64,000 nt of DNA from Tubulanus polymorphus. Its lineage: Eukaryota; Animalia; Nemertea. Position 1 is the stretch's first letter. Each line of letters begins with the position of its first letter. Location of the stretch: assembly GCF_964204645.1 (NCBI RefSeq), contig NC_134036.1, positions 496,001-560,000 on the forward strand, read 5' to 3'. The notes beneath the pieces are model-generated. The model was not told the origin of the DNA, ran no database searches, and saw only the letters and a list, made by a program, of their open reading frames with translations. The translations under genes were made by a program, and so were the position numbers. Shown piece after piece: positions 15,001 through 27,000 of this stretch.

Positions 15001-18000
15001 GCCTCTCAGACCGGTAACGTCAGTGCTATGTTAGATAGCATCACGAAAGGAATAGCTAAGGTACGTTCTGTAAACCTTGCAGTGTTTCGTGTGATAGATC
15101 CACTGTTATCTATATCTCAAGATTTTACGGTTGATTTCGAATTTCAGGCTGATGAGAAAATGGAACCAAACGACAGCATCTCGTACGTCGATTATCAGAC
15201 AAGTATGGTTCGTTTAGCTAAACAGATAGCTAGAGCCTCGCAGGACATGGTGAGCGTTACTACATCTATACTCACTACAGTAGCCTAGTACAGTTAGTTA
15301 CATCATGATAATTTGTAGTTTGCTAATTAATCAATTAATTAGTTTAATTTTCTGAGCCAGTCAGAATCCGCCCTAATTTAAAAAACCATGCTTTAATTTT
15401 AAAGCTTCAAGCCGAACATGAATAATCTAATAATTCGTTCGCTTCTGTTTATGAAGTTGTTTGTTTAATTTGAGTGTCATGAGTGTCATTATTGAGTGTT
15501 AATATTGAGTGTTCGCTGTATGAATGATCATTGTTCATTGTATCCACGGTAACGAATGTGTCGTCGCTCATCATCATCATCATCATCATCGTTTTCATTC
15601 ATGTCGATTTGTGTCCGTAATTTAGGTCGGCAAGGCCGGGTTTGAATTCGGGGTAAGAGAACGCGTTAAATATCATTGTTGTCATGACGAACATTATCAC
15701 CGGTAGTTAGTTTCATTTTAGCGTTGCTTAGTAACCAACAATGCGTCTGTTGCTGGCGGTAGTTTTTTTAAGCATTATTGAATCTGCTTCTATTAACATA
15801 GATGTTTTTTGCGACTGTGCGAAGAACTCTTCCTGGGAAGGGTCGACGATCAGTTTGGAGTCAGTGATTATTTTCAGGTTTTTTACGCATATGAATCATG
15901 GATCGCGTATTTTCCAGTTTTAAATTCATATCACTCTATCGTCTGTTGTCATGCTTTCATTGTTTCGATGTACTAGTATTCATCAGTTATTAAGAAAACT
16001 AGCATCGCGTCGTACTGAATACTAACACAATACTCTATTATCACGTATTTACGAATACCGGTACCGTATAATATAACTGGTAGAGACTGGTATTAACCTT
16101 AGTATTTCAGAGTTAATCAACGAAACCCACAGTTGATCGTGTAATAGTTTATTATGACAATTCTGACTAAATTTCATCATCAGAGAAATAAAAAGATAAA
16201 CCAAATTTAACTTAAGTCAAAACTTCAAAACTGTCAGAATATAAACTGTTAAATCATCAATTGTGGGTTTTGCTGCTCGTTAACATTATATGATATATTT
16301 ACGATGTCAAATACAAATTGTTTATATTCATTGCACTGTAGAATTAGAAATTGTATGTTGTGAATTGTATGTTGAATGTTGTAACATCTCGATGTTGTAA
16401 AGAGTTTTTAGAGATAATGTTTCAATTTTCTTGTTTCTGATAATTTGAATTCTGTAATTCCAGGCGAGTAAGTCGATACATAGCGTCCATGAACTGGCTC
16501 CGATCGGGAACGCGATTACGCGAGATTACAGTCAATTGTGTACGGATTCGCGCGGCGCCGTGGCAGCCACTGCTAACCCCGAGGTAAGACCTAAACCCAT
16601 ACTCTATCAATGAATGACACTGAGTTGATACTGAGGGCGCCACTAACCTGGAAATCATGGAAAAATTAGTGATATTGTCTTTTCTTTTAAAAGTCAGGGA
16701 ATTTTCTTTAAAAAATACAGGGAATTCTGTAAAAAGCTAAAAATCAGGGGAAGTTATGGAAATTTGTTTAGATTTCTAGATTGTGCGTAAAATCAAACAG
16801 TTTCTGTCTATGTTTTACGTATTTGACTGCTTTAATTGATTAAATTATTAGCAGATCAACTCAGGGAAAACAACATGCTTGTCAGGGAATGGTCGGGGAA
16901 AAAGCAAGTCAATTAGAAATGGCCTCATTGTGATTTTATGCATTGTTGTTGTTGATGTTGTAGGTTGGAATGAGAATAAAATCAGCCGTTCAAGAGTTGG
17001 GTAAAGCGAGTATCGACCTGATACGCGATGCCGGAAACTTACAAGCAAATCCTACCGATAACTTCGCTCGTAAAGATCTTCACGATCATTCGAAGGTCGT
17101 CACAGACCGGGTACGTTTATTCCACATTCACACCCAGTTCCACAGTTCAGAAGTGCAGTTCCACAGTTCAGGAGCCACATTCACACCCAGTTCCACAGTT
17201 CAGGGGCACAGTTCCACAGTTCAGGGGCCAGTTGTTAAAAAGTTAATTGAAGATAATGACAAATACCATGGCAATCACTGGGGACATTTTGAAATTTGTC
17301 AGTTGAGGATACCAGTCTATGAAATCAGGCTCTTTTTCACTCATCTACTGATTACTGAGCAACACTAACCTCTAGGTTAGAATATAACTGATGGTTGATA
17401 GTCAGAGCAAATATCATCTATTTCTCTTATCTGTTTGGTTGTATCGCTTACAAACTGACCACACCTGGGAAATGGTCCCGGGCGCTTAGACTTAGAAATC
17501 ATAGTCTTGTTTTAACTGTGTGTTTCTGTTTGTTACAGGTGTCGTACGTATTAGCGGCGTTACAGGCCGGATCGCGCGGAACCCAGGCGTGTATCAACGC
17601 CGCGAGCACTGTCAGCGGTATCATCGGTGATCTGGATACCACGATCATGTTCGCTACAGCGGGAACTCTTCATTCTGAGAGTAACGAATCATTCGCTGAT
17701 CACAGGTAATACATACATTCTCATCTCACCCTTGCAGAACATCAACGTCATAATGGGATTTGTCAAATTAGGCATCATTCACCACATTGATTAGATGATG
17801 TCATAGGGAGGTATTTGGAAGTAGCCATTTTATCTGAAAGATTTATTCACCAAAGAGGATAAATGTTGAAGAAGCTATCTTTCATGGAAGCATGGCTTTG
17901 TTGATGTCATAGTGTGTATATGCCATTATAGGTAGCCATTATCACTGGGTGTTGATTATGTTTATAGGGAGAGTATACTGAAGACAGCTAAAGCTCTCGT

Positions 18001-21000
18001 TGAAGATACTAAAACTCTCGTAGCGGGAGCAGCGTCGAATCAAGAGGAACTAGCGACCGCCGCTCAGAGCGCCGTCCGTACGATCACCAGTTTATCGGAT
18101 GTGGTAAAGCGCGGCGCCGCGTCGCTCGGTTCGGATCAACCCGACGCTCAGGTCAGTATTTACTACGCGTGCTGTAAATACCGTCCGCTTCACATCACTT
18201 CTACTCTCCGTCGTATCTCGGCAACACACTTAAAGTGGTGAAGCTGTTTAATCTATCACAGTCTAATCGATCGCTTCGTTCCCCGGTCGCGCGCTATCGC
18301 CGTTAAATACTATCATAAAGATGTTGTCGTGGTAACCGTCGATATTTTGCATGCATTGTTGTATTTAGATGATTATTGATTACCATCGTATGTCTATGGA
18401 AATTGAGGGACAGGTAGGACGTCTACGTCTGAGCGCTATTAACAATCGTATCCCGTAACAACGGTTGCTATATAACGAATAGTAGTTGGAGCATGACGAC
18501 GGTTTTTCGTCTCGTTAGCGATTGAATGATAACAATAGTTCTGGATAGTTCTGAAATAGTTACGAGTAGTTTCTCTAATGTAGTTCGACTAATAGCCTGC
18601 CGTTCTAACTTTTGATTGGTTCTCAGAAGAACCAATCGAATCTATTCTCTCTGAATCTTGCTCTTGTTTATCGTAGTTTTGATTTAGTTGTTTGTATTTA
18701 TTTAAAGTTAATAGTTAGTGAAAGTTCTCGTCACCCACAAGTAAGCTTTATACCCAACCGAACACACTTTTACATGGTTCCCGCGGAACAGGGAAATTGG
18801 GAAAAACTTGGGAATTTTTTAAATAATGATTCCCAGTTTGGAAATATTTGAGAATTTGAAAGATTTCTTCAAATCAGGGAAATATTTGGGAAATTCATTT
18901 ATATTTTACGTTTCATTTGGTTGAGGAATCTTTCATCAGCAATTTCCCTCGAGAATCACCTTTATCGAACAGTCACCACTAAAATGTTGACTAGCACGAT
19001 GATACCTGTCCATTTCCATTTTGAAAAATTGAAAAATCACCCATGAAAAACTTGGGAATTTTTAATTCATGTAACCATGGGAACCATGCTTTTAGCACAC
19101 CTCGCACTACTGCACTTGTTTTTGTACGCTCCTTTAGTTCAAAAGATGTCCGAAAGGTGGCGGTCTTACCCAAGAGATCACCAGTAGTTAAATCACAATT
19201 CCATTCGCAAATTTAAGTTAAAATATGGGTAGGGTGCATGTTGGGTAAACGGTTTGATCGTTAAATTCGAATTGTAAATCGACCGCTATGGTATCATTAC
19301 TAAAACTACGCCTGGTGTTGTATTTAGGTACTACTGATAAACGCGGTGAAGGATGTGGCGTCTGCTCTCGGAGATTTGATACAAGCGACGAAGAACGCGT
19401 CAGGGAAACACGTACAGGATCCGGCGATGTCGAACCTGAAAGATTCTGCTAAGGTCAGTATTAGACGTCTCTACGAATACAACTCAAACTCCGCTCGTTT
19501 TTATTTCCATCTTTGCTTCCTTTTCATTCTTTCTATCGAGATTTCCCCCGAGTCTTTAGTGTCAGAATGATAATTAGACTGGTTTCTAGTAGGTATAATT
19601 GGACTGGTTCCGTAACCAGCTCCTGGGTTCTCCAATGGATTGGACTGGTGGTTCTGTAACAGACTGGTTCAGTTACAGATTGGACTGTGTCAGTTACAGA
19701 TTGGACTGGCTCAGTTACAGATTGGACTGGTTCAGTACAGATTGGACTGGGTCAGTTACAGATTGCACTGTGTCAGTTATAGATTGGACTGGCTCAGTTA
19801 CAGATTGGACTGGCTCAGTTACAGATTGGACTGGTTCAGTACAGATTGGACTGTGTCAGTTACAGATTGCACTGTGTCAGTTACAGATTGGACTGGCTCA
19901 GTTACAGATTGGACTGGCTCAGTTACAGATTGGACTGGTTCAGTACAGATTGGACTGTGTCAGTTACAGATTGCACTGTGTCAGTTACAGATTGGACTGG
20001 TTCAGTTACAGATTGGACTGTTTCAGTTACAGATTGGACTGGTTCTCTGTAACGGACTGGTTCCCTGTAACGGACTGGTTCTCTGTGACGGACTGGTTGC
20101 CTGTAACAGACGGGTGTTGCATGTTTATCGTTGTAGTGGGATCAGACGTTTTCTTCGCGTCAACTGTTGATCGACCGGGAGCAAGTGAGTGAAGGCTGTA
20201 TTCTGAACACAGCTTCTTAATCTGACACCGTGTCACCAGGGGGCGTCCCTCAGGGTTAACTCAGTGTTTGAGAGTAAGAGGTTTCAATGGCGGCCACAAG
20301 GGGGTGCCACCCTCGGTGTTTAGATATCTTGGAAGACATACGTCCTAAAAGACGCAAATTTTGATGCAATGAGTGTCAATTTAGTACGTTCTGTCGTCTG
20401 ACGCTACCTCACCAGAAAGGCCATGGGGGTCCGGATCCCTGAGAGTACTGAGTGACAAGTGGGTTCGAGTCCTGCTGGCTGCTTACAGTGTGCGGGTAAC
20501 ACTTCACAGGCCGCGGTCCCGTCGTGAGATTAAATGAATAATCCAGGAGGTTTCTAAGATCCAAGCAATATGAAGCCAAAAACAAACAAATCACCTGCTA
20601 AATCCACCCCTAAGGGTTCTTCGTGCGCAGGGTATATCTTTTATCAATTCAACATGTTTATAAATATTTCTTCTATTTAGAATTGACTGTATGATCTGAA
20701 TATTAAAAGGGGTGTAAGTAAAACAGGCAGCATGTGGGTAAAACTGAAAGCATTATTTATTACATCCCTTCAATCCCGCACCTTTCAGAGAGTTATTTCA
20801 TCTCCAAAGCGATGATTTAAACCGCGCTGCAACAATCCTCCCGGAATTCCGTTTCAGTTACTGATTGACATGTTTTTGGAATGTAAATGTTGCCTGTGTC
20901 TGTTCTAGGGGCTTACGACGGCGGGAGAGTGTCAGGCGGGGTACGGGGGGAGCGAGGTTTGTCAGGTGACACGGTTGAACAACGTAACTCATGCGAACCG

Positions 21001-24000
21001 GGATTGATCTAAAAAATTTAAAAAAATGAATTTTTAAAACGCGGCTTACAGCAGCTTTTTGAGACTTTAACAGACAATATTTAGATTTCGCTTTGAAACG
21101 TACGGATAATGAAACAATGCTTGCGTATCTTAACTTTGTCGTGTTCAGAATGCAACTAACACTCGTAGATTTTAGAATCAACTTATTTTCATTTAGTTAC
21201 GGTAGTTTAGAGTAATAATCATTTGCGCAATTCTAGCTACATTATTTAGTTTGTGAATCTCTTTTTGACCAATGAAGAAAATTCATTAGCGTAAAACTTT
21301 ATTATTACATCTTTGCGTGATAAATATTAGATTGTTTTTCATCGCCTAGGTGATGGTAACCAACGTAACATCATTATTGAAAACGGTAAAAACTGTCGAA
21401 GACGAAGCGGCCCGCGGAACCCGTGCATTAGAGTCGACTATCGAAGCCATCTCGCAGGAGATTAAGGTATATCGAGATTCGCTATCATTAATCTGATATT
21501 TAATATCGTGATATTGAGATATAAATGCTTGTTGTTTTTTAGAGTTTCCAGTCGTCCGATCAAACCGACCAAAAAGCTTCGGCAGAAGATTTGATACGAT
21601 ACACAAAACCGATCACTAGCGCCACCGCGCAGGCAGTCGCGGCGGCGAACTCATGTCGGCAGGCGGATATCATGGTCGCCGCTAACAACGGTCGTAAAGC
21701 TATCTGCGATTTGCTTAACGTATCAAAGGTAAGAAAATGGCAATCGCCTGAAATCACCAGTATGAATCTAGTGACCTCGATTTCTGACTAATAGTTATTG
21801 TTTTCCACCACCAGGCGGCAGCGCAAACCGCCGAATCTAAAGAAACACGACACAGAACAATACAAGCTGGACTTGAATGTGCGTTCATATACAAAGAGCT
21901 GATGGAACAGTTGAACTTGGTAAGAATATCTCCAATAGTTACTCGGAGACCAATCGTTTCAAACTGCTCACATTGTTGTCATCTCGTTTCAGACGGTATC
22001 CAAACCGAATCCCGACAACAGAGCGAAACTATCGATAATCTCGAAACGGGTCGCGACGTCGGTCCAGGAAATCATTCAAACATCGGAAGCATTGAAAGGT
22101 AATGTAGAACGGAGTATAATGAATGAGCGTGAAGGCCAGAAAGAGCGTGCCCGAAACAAACAAATTCACAATTTAAGACAAAGACTTTCGTTTCATTCGA
22201 TCATCGCTGATCATCGATGAAACAGCGCCCTCGTGTGGCCGGTGTTGATGATATAATTATTTTTACGATGTTTTTATTAAGCGTACTAGCAGGCGGGGCA
22301 CGGGCCCGGGTAAACACTACTGTTGTTTTATTCCACGGAACACACCGTGACACCGATACAGTCCGCAATGCACATCCCTACAAGTTTTAGTGAAATCCTT
22401 ATTTTAGTGTTATTCTACTATGGTACCGTGATTGCTTTTTGTGTTCTGCGTCCGATCCCTTCGTTTTTACATCCATCATGAATTTTACACATTCAAAATA
22501 ATGCAAACATCACACGGGGAGTTTTTTTGCCCCTAAACGCATGTTATGAACAGTTATGAAATGGGGTTCGCTGCATGTTGCAAGTTTACAATGAATCTTT
22601 TTGTATCGCGTTTGAGGTATTTCTGAACTGACCTGGTAGGTAACGCTTAGTTGTTAAACGACTTCTTGTAAACTGACAACGTTGAGTAAACATTGTAACT
22701 AGTATTCAGTAACTAGTATTCAGTTCCCTATTGTTGTGGCTAGTATTATGAAATGAAGTTAGATATTGCGTAATCAGTAAATGCTGTGTCTTTGTGCATG
22801 TATTCATTTCAATTTCAGCTTCATTGTTAACAACAATACAGCAGACTTCGCGCTAACCCGGTAACTTACAGTTCCGATGAATTTTTCCCGGTCAAAACAG
22901 CAATAATACATGGGCTGGGTTTCATAGACTGAGTATCGAAGTTATCCTTAGGGGTAAATCCTCAATGGGCCCGGTTTCATAGACTGAGTATCAAAGTTAT
23001 CCCTAGGGGTAAATCCTCAATGGGCCCGGTTTCGTAGACTGAGTATCAAAGTTATCCCTAGGGGTAAATCCTCAATCTGGGTGACAACCAACATAGCAAC
23101 AATGAGAAACCATGGATATAACTTGACGAATTTCAAAATATTCCCGGGGACTCTTTTTCTTCCACATCTATGAAACCCAGTCCTGGTCATTCAGAGCAAC
23201 GATTGGTAAACGTGATTATCCGAGGCCAAGCGCGCAGTCTACTGTATTATTTGCTCGTGTGGTGGATTTAACCGCTTGTGCGTTTATACGCGATAGTCTG
23301 TGTGATGTTCTCTCGTTTTATTATCATTAACTTTAGCCGCGCTGCACGAACGTTGGAATATTTGTATGTATACGAAATAAATGGGTAAAATAAAATGGTG
23401 GAACCTCGCGTGTCGAACCGATGAGCGTGCGGCCAAACATCTCCCGATCACCTTGAGAAATATTAGTTTAGTTGGTTACGGTGATACCAGTGGATGACTG
23501 ACATAGTGACACTTAGGGGTGATTGATTTATTACGTACACATTAGGGGAGGGGTCAGTGCAGTTGCGTACTGTAATGCTTCATGTATATGAAAAAATGGC
23601 CGATTTTGTGTGCAGGGACGGGGTGAAATATTCCAATTCTATGCGTACGTAATAAACGAATGATCCCTTAAAACTGTATTGTTATCACTGAATTTATCCA
23701 GCGGTTAATATCGACCAACTTTTCAGCAACTGACGCCTGAATTTCCTATTTTCATCGAGATTCCACCTTATATTTGTCAGTGTTAGTTATCTATCAGTGT
23801 TTATACATCTCTCTCGGCTTTTTGTCTGGGAAATAAATGTGATTCTACTTTTATCATGATCAGGGGGATACATATATAGATCGGTCAGGGGTTAGGGAAC
23901 GATGGTGCATGCTTCAGATTGTTATCCAATCAGAGATGATCTCTGCTGTAACACTACACCTAAATACTCGTCACACATTTACCAACAATCATCTTTCATA

Positions 24001-27000
24001 TCACAATCTAAATATTCTGTAAAGCACATACCACTCATTCAACAATACATGTCGTTAACATTTGAAAATTATTCGCTGCTATGAAATCCATACTATTCTA
24101 ATTGGTGATTGGCTTATGGATGTAGGCCTTCTACGTAAAGTGGTAGTTATTGGTGATTTATGGAAGAGAAAAAGGTTTTTTGGTTGCGGAATGTCTTAAA
24201 CTTATTTTCCATGAAAAAATTTCAAAAAGCGTTATTGAGGGAAATACTTATATGTTAGTTTTGGCAGTTTACAATCATTGCGATCGCATAATGTTATCGG
24301 ACGCTATTTTGATATGGTCTCAAAGGATGAGACTGCCTTAGTTCACCTTGTGTTTAACTGAACACCTCCGTGACAAGGGTACCACCCCTCAAGGCCGTGT
24401 CTCCTGAATCTGTGAGATAAAAACTTGTGAGCTCTATTTCGATCAAATTGATTGTGTTCAGTTGAAGCTAAGTATTTTCCATCAGATCGCGCTCAAACGT
24501 TCGAAAATTCCTTCAAACCTATACTCTATACAATACTGTATTCCTTCTCATGAATATTGATAAGCATTATGAATATTATAATGAGCTAATGAATATTAAT
24601 GATTTGTATTTTCTTCAGACAACGAGGCACCGGAGTCTAGTCTCCACGGCAAGCAGCAGGCGTCACCACTTGGTTACTCCGGTTTTCAGGCTAACCTCCT
24701 ACGATGTATGTGTTATTGTAGTCATGTAGTATTATTGTTGGGCATCACATTGTTGTGACTGTAGTGAAGCTTGTTGCTATGGTTACTGCATTGTTTCGGC
24801 GATTGTTGATAAACGTAGATTTAGGGCATGATTATATTTAACGTGGGACACTTTTCAAACGGAATGAGAATTGTGTTGTAGATTAGGAGAAAATATTTTA
24901 GATGAATTATTTGAAACCGATGATATTGGAATTATAGACAAGTTCGATGCTGGCTTCATGTGTTTGATATGCGCAGGCTTTCTGTATTTGATGAATATTG
25001 GCTTTTCGTAATAATGATGAATTCGTGTGTATTAAACAGCATGCGTTGATTGATTAAGCCGTGTCTGCGGAAAAAAAATGTTTCGAAATATTATTTAAGA
25101 GATTTACGAAGATGTAAATGAAAATTATGAAGTACAATTAAGAAGATAGTTATAAGATATTGAAAATGTTCCAGAATTCATAGATTTATGTAGGGTTGTA
25201 AAATACCAAGTTACAGTAGACTGCACTTGCCTCAGATTTCACAGGACCAGTAAATCGACTGATTGATTGAATTGTGAGGCTGTCGCGGTGACAATGTTAC
25301 ATGGTGAGGCACGCGATAATCCAAAGCAATCAACTCCTGTTTGGCAAGCGCAGTCTTAACTGTTAAATGCAGAATTTATTGTCCATGAAATATGTACTGA
25401 TGATAACGTTACTTTTTAGATTCCGAATGGATGTTCAACCGTTACGCGTCTCCGGGACAGAAAGCGCGGGCTCCACGCCCGTTTCGTGATCAACTCAATC
25501 ATCAACCTTTATCCTGCAAGTGCAACAATCACCATTTTATTTCTTTCGGTTGCTAAGCAATGGGCGAACAATGGATCTCGATGCAGTTGAGGGGGGTACA
25601 TGGCAAATGAGCATGGGAAGGGTTTCTTTGGGTTATCAACAATTATTTTGGAGCCAATTTCACAAAAATTTCTCTCATGCATTTGGTTACTTGTTTACTC
25701 GGATTTTAGATAACTTTAGAAAACGGTGTTAAGCAGGGATACATTGTTAGTCCATTGTGGATGAATAATTTGTTTTGGCCTTTGCTCTTTAGTTTTGCCT
25801 CTCATCGTCCCATGTTTCAATTTTGGTGGTTAATGATTTGACAGCATGTATTTTTAACTGCAATGATGGTTCCAGGGGTTCACCTTTCAGCAGCGCTAGC
25901 AGCAATCAAACAATTAATCCAAGATTGATTTTAATTCAGAATTATTTATTACGTTATCTTTGAAATCTGTTGAACGGACCCCTGTCTTTACATGTGACAC
26001 CTGAATTATACATCTGCAACAATCAATTCCTTTTCACGATAAATTTTGCGACGTTTAATTCAGGCTATGCTCAATAGAGGGCATAACCTAACTAATCATG
26101 GTTATGCATTGATTGATAGCACCCCCAATCCTTGGTGGTTATAGACGGTATATTTGTGGCACTATGTTCCACCACATGTTTGGTGTAACTGGTACACTAT
26201 GTTTTTTTGGTACCGACTACAGTTTATTGTAATATCTGCATGAAAAATTATTGAAAATGATTTCGAATTCTGACTAACAGCCACCATCTTTCTTTGTTCA
26301 TAAATATATACATATATTCATACGCATATTTATTTTTGTTGGTTTCTAAGCAACGGGTCGTCTTGGTCCGCTGTTTACGAAATCAACAATGAAATCAGTT
26401 ATTCATTTATTGATTGATTTTGATAGTTCTCTAGTTTGTAATCGTCGTAGTAATAATTAATTTTCGTAGATATTTCTTTAACTTGTGGTTTTAGTTTTCA
26501 GTGTAAAATGGATTATATATTCGCTAACGCCCTCTATATTCTATTCAAGACATTATCCGGTGTTGAGGCCACCATATATATTTATGTATATATATGTATA
26601 TATTCATCAAAAATCCTTCACCCTTTATACCTTATCTTTTGACCTTACCTTTTCTAACCCACACTTAACAGCTGTTCTCTACTCCTATACAATTGTTGTC
26701 TTCGCTTTCTAATTTCCCGCTAACACTCTAACCGATGGTGTCTGACGACGATTGCGTAGGTGTAGAGCAGGTCACAACGCCCCCTGTTGGGGTGGTCTGT
26801 AACTAACAATATAACTTTCTCTAACTTTGCAGCATCAGGAAATAAAGGATTCACATTTCGTTCACAAATTCTCCACACTTGCGCGCGCGTTTCTAGTTCT
26901 AGAATTGAATTCATCATTCATTTTCTTTCACCAACACATGGTTGAACACCATTTCGTGTCACGAAAAATATACTAAAGAAAAAAGATAATTGAAGGCAAC

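Noticed and set aside
19599-20192. ORFs with VTDWTGS/YRLDW/LQIGL repeats
   Set aside because: Translations of a 22-bp minisatellite cycling through all three frames
20462-20472. B-box-like GGTTCGAGTCC
   Set aside because: No convincing A-box or cloverleaf upstream
22282-22309. GC-rich AG..GT-bounded segment in the talin intron
   Set aside because: The possible lengths (28, 20, 17 nt) do not preserve frame, and the combinations tried with the 22819-22860 segment hit stops
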